Origin: Candidatus Nomurabacteria bacterium
Lineage (GTDB): Bacteria > Patescibacteriota > Minisyncoccia > Phycocordibacterales > UBA9973
Direction: 5' to 3'
NCBI GenBank assembly: GCA_031425235.1
Contig: JANPIZ010000006.1
Coordinates: 30,803-94,802 of the forward strand
DNA length: 64,000 nt
Under the pieces are notes generated by a model. The model was not told the DNA's origin. It ran no database searches and saw only the letters and a list, made by a program, of their open reading frames with translations. The translations under genes were made by a program, and so were the position numbers. Numbering within the stretch: the stretch's first letter is position 1; each line of letters starts with the position of its first letter. Shown piece by piece: positions 10,130 to 22,251 of the stretch.

Positions 10130-11338
10130 ATGCTATTTAAATATAAAGCAGTAGATGAGACAGGAGTAAATAAGGAGGGAGAAATAGATGCGCCAAATCG
10201 TGACACAGCGATCAGCGGACTTCAACATCGAGGACTTGTGGTTATTTCAATCAAAGATGAAGATGAGAAAAAATCAGTTTTTGAGATTTCTTTTTTTGAC
10301 AAAGTAAGCACAAAAGATGTCGTTATTTTGTCGAGGCAAATCGCTACGTTGTTTGATGCGCAAGTATCAGCTCTTAAGGCATTTACTATGCTTGCTTCCA
10401 ATACAGAAAAAAAACTTTTAGGTCGCAAGTTGACTCAAATAGGGGATGACCTCCAGGCAGGTGTATCTATTTCTGGAGCTCTCGCTCGTCACCCAGATGT
10501 GTTTTCTGATTTTTATGTAAACATGGTGAAAGTCGGCGAAGAAACAGGAAAACTCAACCAAGTATTCTTGCATCTTGCTGAGTATTTAGATCGTCAATAT
10601 TCTCTTACATCTAAAACACGTAACGCACTTATTTACCCTCTGTTTGTTATCATTACATTTTTTGTAGTTATGACACTTATGTTTGTAGTTGTGATACCAA
10701 AGTTATCAACTATAATATTGGACTCTGGTCAAGACGTACCTTTTTATACCAAAATCATTATTGGCGTTTCAGATCTATTTGTTAATTATGGTTTCATTGC
10801 TCTTATTTTCTTAGTATTTTTGGGTGTATGGATGTGGAGGCTTTCGACGACAGACAAAGGAAAGGTGTATCTCGACAATGCGCGCCTGTCTATACCTGCA
10901 GTTGGCGATCTATACAGAAAATTATATCTTTCAAGAATAGCTGACAATATGGACACAATGCTTTCATCGGGAGTTCCTATTCTCCGAGTGATTGAGATTA
11001 CTTCAAAAGTTGTCGGGAGCCATGTGTATCGAACACTCCTCGAAGACGTATCTGATAAAATAAAAGCCGGTTTGTCCATCTCGGCATCATTTGAAAAGCA
11101 TTCCGAACACATACCGGGTATTATGGTGCAAATGATAAAAGTTGGGGAAGAAACAGGATCACTCGGCTCTATCTTGAAGACACTCGCTGAATTTTACAAA
11201 CGAGAAGTCGATGGCGCCATCGATACCCTTGTCGGACTTATCGAGCCGGTGATGATCGTAGTGCTCGGTCTTGGAGTAGGTATTTTGCTCGTATCAGTAT
11301 TAGTACCTATCTACAACCTTGCCGGAGGTATTAGCTAA
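10130..11338 (+). CDS. pilC: Type IV pilus platform protein PilC/GspF
   Basis: FKYKA, GEETGKL, ALIYP, GEETGSL, LIEP. Confidence 0.92.
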   Translation: MLFKYKAVDETGVNKEGEIDAPNRDTAISGLQHRGLVVISIKDEDEKKSVFEISFFDKVSTKDVVILSRQIATLFDAQVSALKAFTMLASNTEKKLLGRKLTQIGDDLQAGVSISGALARHPDVFSDFYVNMVKVGEETGKLNQVFLHLAEYLDRQYSLTSKTRNALIYPLFVIITFFVVMTLMFVVVIPKLSTIILDSGQDVPFYTKIIIGVSDLFVNYGFIALIFLVFLGVWMWRLSTTDKGKVYLDNARLSIPAVGDLYRKLYLSRIADNMDTMLSSGVPILRVIEITSKVVGSHVYRTLLEDVSDKIKAGLSISASFEKHSEHIPGIMVQMIKVGEETGSLGSILKTLAEFYKREVDGAIDTLVGLIEPVMIVVLGLGVGILLVSVLVPIYNLAGGIS

Positions 11339-11344
11339 AAAGGG

Positions 11345-11353
11345 TGTGGATAA
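11345..11353 (-). promoter_or_regulatory. DnaA box (TGTGGATAA) upstream of the major pilin promoter
   Basis: Perfect consensus, followed by an extended -10 TGGTATAAT at ~11382-11390. Confidence 0.55.
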
Positions 11354-11470
11354 CTTATTTGCACGTAGGGTATTATCTGTATGGTATAATTACAGTATTA
11401 AAAAACAAGTCGAATTGTTACAATTATAAGTTCCGCCGAACGCGGACAAATTATCAATAATAAAATTATT

Positions 11471-11911
11471 ATGAAAAAATTGAATTTAAAAAGAGGTTTC
11501 ACACTTATCGAACTTTTGGTTGTCGTGGCTATCATTGGTATCTTGGCTTCAGTAGTTTTGGCTTCCCTCAACACTGCTCGAACAAAGGGTGCTGATGCGG
11601 CCGTGAAAGCTAATTTAAGCGGTATACGAGCACAAGCTGAAATCGTTTACGACGGAGCAAGCCCTCAAAGTTATGCTGCTGTGTGTGCTAACGCGAGTGT
11701 TGTAAGTGCCGGTGCTGCTGCGGCTAATGCTGGAGGGGGAACTTTCGTGTGCAATAACCAAGCTGCAAGCTGGTCCGCTGCAACTGCTCTTAAATCTACG
11801 AACGTAGTGAGCGGTTCATCAGGAGTAGATTATTGGTGTGTTGATTCAAATGGAAAGTCTGCTGTTCAAGATGCGGCGTTGGCTGTCGGAGCTGCAAACG
11901 TCTGTTCATAG
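11471..11911 (+). CDS. Type IV major pilin
   Basis: G|FTLIELLVVVAIIGILA prepilin motif; C-terminal WCVDS; own promoter and terminator. Confidence 0.9.
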   Translation: MKKLNLKRGFTLIELLVVVAIIGILASVVLASLNTARTKGADAAVKANLSGIRAQAEIVYDGASPQSYAAVCANASVVSAGAAAANAGGGTFVCNNQAASWSAATALKSTNVVSGSSGVDYWCVDSNGKSAVQDAALAVGAANVCS

Positions 11912-11942
11912 AAACTATTTAGAATCCTTATATGGTATTGTC

Positions 11943-11968
11943 AAAAACCACCCTAAAAAGTGGTTTTT
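11943..11968 (+). terminator. Intrinsic terminator after pilin 1
   Basis: AAAAACCAC-N8-GTGGTTTTT. Confidence 0.6.
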
Positions 11969-12018
11969 GTGTTTTGTATATTGTATAATAATGATGAGCA
12001 AATAAATTATTATTAATT

Positions 12019-12048
12019 TCCGCCCGAGGTGGATCAGCCACGGGCTGA
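12019..12048. repeat. 30-nt double-hairpin palindromic element in the pilin 2 leader
   Basis: TCCGC-CCGAG-GTGGA plus TCAGCC-ACG-GGCTGA; GC-rich patch in AT-rich DNA. Confidence 0.6.
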
Positions 12049-12057
12049 AAAATTATT

Positions 12058-12546
12058 ATGAAAAAATTGAATTTAAAAAGAGGTTTCACACTTATCGAAC
12101 TCTTGGTGGTCGTAGCTATTATCGGTATCTTGGCTTCAGTTGTTTTGGCGGCATTGAATAATGCCAGAAGCAAGGGCGGAGATGCAGGGGTGAAAACTAA
12201 TTTACATACAGTTAGTACACAAGCAGGACTATTTTATGAAAACAACAATCTTTCATTCTTACCAAGCGGTGGTTCTGATCTTAATCTTGGTCCTTGCCCG
12301 ATTTATTATGAAAGAGGATCTAGCATGGTTGATACGGATAAAAGTATAGCTGATGCTATAGTAGAAGCAACTCTGAGGGGTAATAATACAAATGCATGTT
12401 ACAATTCCGGCTCTACCTGGGCTGTGGCTGTCGGCTTGACATCAAGCGACACTGCTTCCTGGTGTGTGGACAGCGAAGGTTCTTCCAGGCAAGTTGATCT
12501 AGTTCCAGAGGAAGCGATAGATAAGGTTGCTGGGGTTTGTAATTAA
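12058..12546 (+). CDS. Type IV pilin (paralog 2)
   Basis: Same prepilin leader as pilin 1; WCVDS. Confidence 0.9.
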   Translation: MKKLNLKRGFTLIELLVVVAIIGILASVVLAALNNARSKGGDAGVKTNLHTVSTQAGLFYENNNLSFLPSGGSDLNLGPCPIYYERGSSMVDTDKSIADAIVEATLRGNNTNACYNSGSTWAVAVGLTSSDTASWCVDSEGSSRQVDLVPEEAIDKVAGVCN

Positions 12547-12557
12547 ATTAAACATAC

Positions 12558-13349
12558 ATGATCTTTATTCTTACAATCATCTTTTTTACCCTCGGCCTTA
12601 TCATCGGCAGTTTCTTGAATGTTGTAATTTATCGTATGAATACAGCACGGTCACTCGGCGGCCGAAGTGCCTGCATGTCATGCCAGGGCGTTCTCGCCTG
12701 GTTCGAGCTCATTCCGGTTTTTAGTTTCTTGGGTTTACAAGGCAGATGCCGTAATTGTAAAACAAAAATATCCATCCAATATCCACTTGTCGAACTTGCG
12801 AGCGGACTTGTTTTTGCAATTATGTTTTATAAACTTCAAGGTATGTTTTTTGCGAGTATACCGACCTTCATTCTTTTCTATACATACTATGCAGCGATGT
12901 TTTCGATTTTAATAGTTATCGTAGTATACGACTTAAAACATAAAATAATACCAGATATCTTGTCGTTTATGTTTGGGGCATTGGCCTTCTTTAGTTTGTT
13001 TATTTTTACCGCTAATGGCGTTATTTTGCATGTACCTAATATGTTACAGTTGCTGAGTGGATTTTTGATCGCTCTACCGTTTTTCTTGTTATGGGTTTTT
13101 TCAGGTGGTAGGTGGATGGGGCTCGGAGATGCAAAATTAGCTCTGGGGCTCGGATGGTTCTTGGGTCTCTCTATCGCTTTATCGGGCATCGTTATTGCTT
13201 TTTGGGTAGGAAGTATCATCGGTATTGGTCTTATGTTTTTAAAAAAAGGGTATGGAATGAAAAGTGAAATACCATTTGCACCTTATTTAGCGTTTGGAGC
13301 GTTCATCGCATTTGTTTTTCAATTTAATTTATTTCAGATTTATTTTTAA
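12558..13349 (+). CDS. pilD: Prepilin peptidase PilD
   Basis: GSFLNVVIYR, CxxC pairs, MGLGDAKL, IPFAPYL. Confidence 0.93.
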   Translation: MIFILTIIFFTLGLIIGSFLNVVIYRMNTARSLGGRSACMSCQGVLAWFELIPVFSFLGLQGRCRNCKTKISIQYPLVELASGLVFAIMFYKLQGMFFASIPTFILFYTYYAAMFSILIVIVVYDLKHKIIPDILSFMFGALAFFSLFIFTANGVILHVPNMLQLLSGFLIALPFFLLWVFSGGRWMGLGDAKLALGLGWFLGLSIALSGIVIAFWVGSIIGIGLMFLKKGYGMKSEIPFAPYLAFGAFIAFVFQFNLFQIYF

Positions 13350-13350
13350 T

Positions 13351-13932
13351 ATGAAAAAATGGCTAAAAAAAATTAATACACAAGCAGGGATGAGTTATGT
13401 TGAGTTGATCGTGGTAATGAGTATTTTTTCGGTGATATCCGGAGTTGCTATCTATAACTACGGCGCATTCCAAGGAAAAGTCGATATAAAAAGTTTAGCA
13501 CATGATATTGCACTGAAAATTGTTGAAGCGCAGAAATCTTCTGTGGCTGGGAAATTACCGGTGTCAGTATCAGCAAACTGGAAGCCATCATATGGAGTTT
13601 ACTTTGACATCACAGCCCCAAAGACTTTTATTTATTTTGCAGATTTAAACAATGATAAAATATATAACGAGCCTGCTCTCGATACAATAGCTATTACCAA
13701 AGGTAATTATATTTCTTACATAGCAAGTTATTCCAGTTCTACTCAAAAACTTAGTCCTATTATGACCCCGCTCTTTGTAAGTTTTCAAAGACCGGACTCG
13801 AGCGCGATTTTCACTTCTTCAAACGGCGTTCCACTCAGTGGCTTTGATTATATTGAAATTAGAATTCAGTCGCCTCAGTCCTTAACCGCTACCATTAAAA
13901 TATTTCCCTCAGGTAGAATTCAAGTAAATTAG
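13351..13932 (+). CDS. Minor pilin (FimU/FimT-like)
   Basis: AG|MSYVELIVV prepilin motif; start placed at ATG 13351. Confidence 0.75.
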   Translation: MKKWLKKINTQAGMSYVELIVVMSIFSVISGVAIYNYGAFQGKVDIKSLAHDIALKIVEAQKSSVAGKLPVSVSANWKPSYGVYFDITAPKTFIYFADLNNDKIYNEPALDTIAITKGNYISYIASYSSSTQKLSPIMTPLFVSFQRPDSSAIFTSSNGVPLSGFDYIEIRIQSPQSLTATIKIFPSGRIQVN

Positions 13933-13934
13933 TT

Positions 13935-14567
13935 ATGAGAAAAGTAAATTTTAAAACAAATACTGGCTTTACTATTATAGAAACAATGATTGCGGTCTCT
14001 CTCTTCCTTGTTGTAACAATTGCTGGGATGGGAGCTTTGTTAAATGCAAATTTACTTCATCACAAATCTCAAGGACAAAGAGAAATCATGGACAACTTAA
14101 GTTTTATAATGGAAGATATGTCTAGAAATCTAAGAACAGGGTCCAATTATCACTGTATTGATGATGGCGATTTTAAGACTAACACTATAAAAGATGCAAA
14201 AAGTTGTTTTGCTGGCGGCGCAATAGCTTTTGAGTGGCAAGATGGTAGCCGACTCGATACGAATGATCAATGGGTATATAGCATTGAGACTAGAGATGGT
14301 GGTCAAACATATAATATTTACAAATCCACAGATAGCTGGGCAGGTGGTGGAGCAAATTCTGTCCAATTAAATCCTCCGCAAGTTATCATAAATCCCGTTT
14401 CCAGTTTTTCAGTGTTGGGTGCCGAGGCACCAGACCCGACAGATGGAAGCGGCAATCACCAGCAACCATTTATTACTATTACATTAGTAGGCACGATACA
14501 ACACCAAAATACTGTTACACCATTTTCATTACAAACCTCAGTTTCCCAAAGAGCTATTGATATTTAA
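13935..14567 (+). CDS. Minor pilin (PilW/GspJ-like)
   Basis: G|FTIIETMIAV motif. Confidence 0.75.
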   Translation: MRKVNFKTNTGFTIIETMIAVSLFLVVTIAGMGALLNANLLHHKSQGQREIMDNLSFIMEDMSRNLRTGSNYHCIDDGDFKTNTIKDAKSCFAGGAIAFEWQDGSRLDTNDQWVYSIETRDGGQTYNIYKSTDSWAGGGANSVQLNPPQVIINPVSSFSVLGAEAPDPTDGSGNHQQPFITITLVGTIQHQNTVTPFSLQTSVSQRAIDI

Positions 14568-14571
14568 TAAT

Positions 14572-15165
14572 ATGAAGTCTAAATCTTTGAAAAAATTTAA
14601 TACAAAAAAAGATGGGTTTACTTTGGTTGAAACCCTCGTTGCTCTTTTAATCTTCACTGTTTCCATATTGTCAGTCATGTCAGTGTTAACATCAGGCATT
14701 TCGAATACAACGTACGTTAAGCAAAAAACAACTGCCGGGTATTTAGCACAAGAGGGCATAGAATACATCAGAAACATGCGTGACACGTTCGCTATATATG
14801 ATGCAAGCGGAGCCCAAACTGGCTGGACTTCTTTTGTTGATTATTTATTAGGTGCATCCTGCGATAGAGCAGACGGATGTTATTTTAATAATTCCGGGTT
14901 GGACTATAACGACCCTTCTCAGCCAATGACTAGACTCATAGTTACTGGTTGTAATGGTAGTTGTCCAAATCTTAAATATGACCCCCAAACAGGTAAATAT
15001 GACTATGCTTCGGTATCTGGTGTCGACTCTGGTCTTTCACGCAAAATAAGCATAACTCAAATTGATGCCAATGAAATACAAATTTCTTCAACAGTGTATT
15101 GGCAACAAGGATCAGGCAGTTATAATATAACATTTACCGAACATTTATTTAATTGGGTAGAATAA
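14572..15165 (+). CDS. Minor pilin (PilV-like)
   Basis: G|FTLVETLVAL, AGYLAQEGIE..RN.RD; start placed at ATG 14572. Confidence 0.75.
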   Translation: MKSKSLKKFNTKKDGFTLVETLVALLIFTVSILSVMSVLTSGISNTTYVKQKTTAGYLAQEGIEYIRNMRDTFAIYDASGAQTGWTSFVDYLLGASCDRADGCYFNNSGLDYNDPSQPMTRLIVTGCNGSCPNLKYDPQTGKYDYASVSGVDSGLSRKISITQIDANEIQISSTVYWQQGSGSYNITFTEHLFNWVE

Positions 15166-15166
15166 A

Positions 15167-18198
<3,032 letters not shown>

Positions 18199-18280
18199 GA
18201 TAAAAAAATTGACGCTGGATGTGCATTCATTATGAAAACATTTGGGAGTGCTTTGATCATATATTTATTTTATCACTTTA

Positions 18281-18754
18281 CTAATAATCCATTTGCGGTG
18301 CCTGCGAGTTAAATACCCGTGGGTCTAGTTCATTAGTCAACTTATATTTTCTAGCGATTTCCACTAAAACATTGTCGGCGTCCTGTTCGGATTCGAAAGA
18401 AGAATAATTATCAAGTATTTCTTCTCCTGGCTCAATGTCTTTAATGGCTACTGTCACAACTTCTTCTTCGTTGTCTCGATATTCTGAAAGCACGTTTGGA
18501 TCATCTGAATGATTGAAATATTTTCCGTTGTCCGAAGATAAGCAATACGATTTACTTTTATCGCTTTTCCAAGAATATTTATAGATATAAATCTGAAGAA
18601 GTTCAGGGAATGTAAGAATCTGCTTTTTGGTGAATTTTTGATCAAAACCGGGAGTGAATCTCCAAATTTCTTTTCCTTTAGAAATGAACTCGTCCGCAAA
18701 AAGACCAAGACCATGAATATTACTCTCTTTAACTTGTGTCTTTACGAGCATCAT
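18281..18754 (-). CDS. SET-domain protein
   Basis: HGLGLFA, YFNHSDDPN, EEILDNY. Confidence 0.85.
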   Translation of the reverse strand: MMLVKTQVKESNIHGLGLFADEFISKGKEIWRFTPGFDQKFTKKQILTFPELLQIYIYKYSWKSDKSKSYCLSSDNGKYFNHSDDPNVLSEYRDNEEEVVTVAIKDIEPGEEILDNYSSFESEQDADNVLVEIARKYKLTNELDPRVFNSQAPQMDY

Positions 18755-18819
18755 ATAAGTTCAAATCCCTTTTGGGTTAACTTATTTTATCACATTTTAA
18801 TTTGAAAAATAAGCCTAAA

Positions 18820-18840
18820 GTAGCACGCATCTCGTGCTAC
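18820..18840 (-). terminator. Probable original tRNA-Ser terminator, displaced by the island
   Basis: GTAGCACG-CATCT-CGTGCTAC, followed on the minus strand by T-rich sequence, 7 nt beyond the att/CCA remnant. Confidence 0.55.
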
Positions 18841-19128
18841 CTGTTGATGGCGGAGGGTAGTAGATGAGATTATAACCTTTTGGCAGACTGACAGCGAGCG
18901 TTTCTTTATACCAGGTCTGTCCCTAGAGACAGTCGAACTGGTATAGCATAGGTTTGTATCTAGTATACGTTCTAGTACCAAACAGTATCAAAATACACAA
19001 GACCACACTTAAACGGGCGATGCCCCTTCTTTTCGTGCTACTTTACTGAAAACCAGAATCGGTTGGTGGGTGTTTTCCTTTCAACTTTTCGCGCGATTGG
19101 GGGGATACCCTCTCCAAATTTGGATATT

Positions 19129-19971
19129 TTACCCAAAAAAATTGTCGATACTTTCATCCTGCTGTCTAGGCTGGGTACGTTTGTCCCAACGGAGCTTCTC
19201 GGCAAGTGCGGAGACATCTCCTTTCTCAATTGCCGAATCCAGGAACTCTGGGAGTTTATCCAGGCTCACCACATCAATCAGAAAGTACTCATTGACTCCA
19301 TTACGGTCTTTGTCGGTGTAAGCGTAGTTGATTTCTATTGTAAAAGGTTCAGTGATTGGTACTGATGTGCCATCGCCGTTCATTTGAGTGGCGTGGAACT
19401 TCTCGAAAGAATTGACCACAATAATTGGATACGGTACACGTTTCAATACGCGGTCTATGTACCCGTTTTTACTGGGAACGATTTTGAGATCACCGCTATT
19501 GCGATAATAAATAGCACCATTGAGCACCTGATTGATGGCTTTATTGATTACTTCGTTATCTTCGTTTTTCTTGGAGCCAGAAGCCCAGAGCTTTGCGACT
19601 GGCGTATCAGTATAGTAGTGATGTTTCGTAATCTCTGTGTTCTGACGAGGATCATCCATCCCTGTGTCTCTCATTATGCGCTTGGTCGCTCGTTCCATAT
19701 CCTTACCTTCAAACCAAAACACTACGTCTTCATTGATATATTTACACTCAACAAAAAGTCGCACATTGACCGTGCCTAGCCAGTCGTGGATAAACTCGTG
19801 TACGTCAAACTTCTTCTCGGCAATGATGTCTAGTTCACGAGGTTTATCAGTAAAATTGTCGCTGTAATGAGGGCTTACAAGTACGCTCCACTCTAATTCG
19901 CGGAGTTTATTTACTACACGTGAATGAAAGGAGTTTCCACTTTTCTCAATTATCTCTTCTATGTTTGTCAT
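19129..19971 (-). CDS. PD-(D/E)XK nuclease-like protein
   Basis: PRELDIIAEK...LFVECKY; directly downstream of res. Confidence 0.65.
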   Translation of the reverse strand: MTNIEEIIEKSGNSFHSRVVNKLRELEWSVLVSPHYSDNFTDKPRELDIIAEKKFDVHEFIHDWLGTVNVRLFVECKYINEDVVFWFEGKDMERATKRIMRDTGMDDPRQNTEITKHHYYTDTPVAKLWASGSKKNEDNEVINKAINQVLNGAIYYRNSGDLKIVPSKNGYIDRVLKRVPYPIIVVNSFEKFHATQMNGDGTSVPITEPFTIEINYAYTDKDRNGVNEYFLIDVVSLDKLPEFLDSAIEKGDVSALAEKLRWDKRTQPRQQDESIDNFFG

Positions 19972-19973
19972 AA

Positions 19974-22247
19974 TTACTTCAAGTCAAAAACATCCCATCC
20001 TTTCATTGAGGTGTTATATGAGTAGGTTTTGCTTGTGTTGATTTTCCAACTGCTCGCGTCTTTCACAGCGATACCACCAGCAACCCCCTTTTTTCCTTTA
20101 AGCCATTCTTGGAGGGCTTCGGCTTTGTATTTAGTATCATTTGATTCGGCTGTGAATCCTGCTTTGGTATCGACAATCAAAACTTTTTCTTTGGTCTTTA
20201 TAATCCAATCGGGATAAAAGAGTTTCTCTTTATTCTCATCGGGATTGTAGTAAGAGATTGAGAAGTATTCACTACCAGCGTCGCCGTTCTTATGCCACCA
20301 AACAATACTTTTGTTCTTCGGGGATTCAAGGAAATCAATAAAGTCTCTTTCGTTTGTAGTACCTAGTGCTTCTTTTTCAATCCAGAACGGTTCCATCGCG
20401 GATTTCTTTGTATCAAGCACGTCGTATTGATCAGTGAAAAATAAAGCTTCTGGCGGTGTTTGAATTTTCTCAATACGTTTTGAGCGTGCAGATCGCTTTC
20501 GCACTTCTTGCTCTCGAAGGGGGCGATACGCTAGAAGCGCATCTCCGATAACTGGTGCAAGGACGCTTGCAGGGCTAGCCAAATCGCTCACAATCACCTT
20601 ATAGGCGTCTGCACGGGAAAGCTTTAGTTTCTCCATCAGGTAGATATTGAGTGCGGTTTTGAGCTTACCCCACGAACGCTCTGGTGCGAATTTACGATTT
20701 TCATCAGTTTGCCCAGCAACGGTTTTGAAACACAGCAAGTTGTACAATCGCTCAAGATCATGGCGAGACATCTCTTCGTCATGACTTCCACCTTCTTCTA
20801 GTAATTCTTTAGTGAAGTTGTCGTAGTCATCAATCTCAACTCCGACAATCAAGCCGTTAGTAACTCTCGTATTCAAATCCATTTTCTTGGTATCTAGTTT
20901 TTTATTCGCTACTTCTTTGAATGTTGTTTGGAAAGTATCACCCAAGTCGTTGTAGTCGGCGCGAGCCATAAAGACAGATTCCAGCGTAAGAGGTTCGATA
21001 CTTTTTTTACGGTAACTGCCGTTGATTGCTGGTCGGTTGTCAGTTTTTGATTTTGCGTACTCCGCCAAAACCTCATTTCGTTTGTAGTTTGTGTATAAAT
21101 AACCACGATTAAGTTCTGGGTTGGCAAAGTGTGTTCCAAGTGGCATACGTAGAATGCGTCCAACGGTCTGTATCGCAAAGGTTGGATTCTTTATTTCACG
21201 GAACATCACCAAAACTCCTGCACGTGGACAGTCCCAGCCAGTCGCCGCCGCCTGCTTGAACAGCAAGAAGGACACTGGAGAGGTGTGCTTCTCTAAATCC
21301 TCAAGATTCTCTTTTTCTTTAGAGAGCCAGGTGGCAATTTCTTTGCTCTTCACACCCTTACGTTTTAGATACTCCAAAACGATTGTCTGCTTATTTGTGT
21401 CAGTAGTTTCCTTACTTACCTGATCGTCGTTAGGAAGTTGGATCAACACAAGTGGATTTACCTGAACACCAAGATTTTGGTATAACTCCACCATCTCTAG
21501 GCGTTTGGCATACGCAAGCTCTAAAAGCATTTCATCCTGATCCAGTTTCTTGACCGTCTTCTTCTGTAAATCTTCTTCTGTCTGGAAAACGATTTTCTCT
21601 TTGATGAGTCCTGCCTCAACCACCTCGCTTCGCTTTACCTCTACGTATCCCGCAGTATCGGCGCGGGTAGGTATGTACTTTGGTGTTGCAGAAATGCGGA
21701 TAGTTATTTTGGGCTTGATAAGTCCTTCCACAACTTCAAGTGCAAGATCAGTATCAGCTCCAATATGTTCCTCATCAATAATGACTACGATCTTACGTCC
21801 TGCCTCATGTGTTTCGTTGATAAAATTATCGAACGTTAGACCTTGTTCGTTATCTCGTCGGAGTTTTCTGCTTTCCTTGCTTCGCCCTTTGATTTTTTGC
21901 CAGTTTATAAAAAAGACATCGTTCTTGTGAAGTTTCTCTCGTGAGAGATCATTTAGATCGATCAAATCTAATTCACTTGCTCCACCGTAATATTCAAAAA
22001 GTTTCTTCTTGCTTTGCTCATATGAATCTTCACTAAAAGAAAACCAAACAAAAGCAACATCATTACCCTCAAAGCGTGGATCGCTAACTATGTCACGCAA
22101 AAATTGCGCCATCATTATTGTCTTCCCTGAACCAGTTGGTGATTTGAAAACAAGAGGAATATTTTGATTCGGTAATTTCCACAGATTCAAAAACTCATTT
22201 TTGAGCTGGGAGATTGCAGTTTCTTGGAATGGTTTTAGCGCAAACAT
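19974..22247 (-). CDS. res: Type III restriction enzyme Res subunit
   Basis: SPTGSGKT, DEEH, SATP, GWDCPR, QTVGRILR, C-terminal FYPDWII...DTK. Confidence 0.88.
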   Translation of the reverse strand: MFALKPFQETAISQLKNEFLNLWKLPNQNIPLVFKSPTGSGKTIMMAQFLRDIVSDPRFEGNDVAFVWFSFSEDSYEQSKKKLFEYYGGASELDLIDLNDLSREKLHKNDVFFINWQKIKGRSKESRKLRRDNEQGLTFDNFINETHEAGRKIVVIIDEEHIGADTDLALEVVEGLIKPKITIRISATPKYIPTRADTAGYVEVKRSEVVEAGLIKEKIVFQTEEDLQKKTVKKLDQDEMLLELAYAKRLEMVELYQNLGVQVNPLVLIQLPNDDQVSKETTDTNKQTIVLEYLKRKGVKSKEIATWLSKEKENLEDLEKHTSPVSFLLFKQAAATGWDCPRAGVLVMFREIKNPTFAIQTVGRILRMPLGTHFANPELNRGYLYTNYKRNEVLAEYAKSKTDNRPAINGSYRKKSIEPLTLESVFMARADYNDLGDTFQTTFKEVANKKLDTKKMDLNTRVTNGLIVGVEIDDYDNFTKELLEEGGSHDEEMSRHDLERLYNLLCFKTVAGQTDENRKFAPERSWGKLKTALNIYLMEKLKLSRADAYKVIVSDLASPASVLAPVIGDALLAYRPLREQEVRKRSARSKRIEKIQTPPEALFFTDQYDVLDTKKSAMEPFWIEKEALGTTNERDFIDFLESPKNKSIVWWHKNGDAGSEYFSISYYNPDENKEKLFYPDWIIKTKEKVLIVDTKAGFTAESNDTKYKAEALQEWLKGKKGVAGGIAVKDASSWKINTSKTYSYNTSMKGWDVFDLK

Positions 22248-22251
22248 GGTT

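Noticed and set aside
18281-18754. SET-domain gene as island cargo
   Set aside because: It lies outside the left att core (18849-56), beyond the tRNA terminator.
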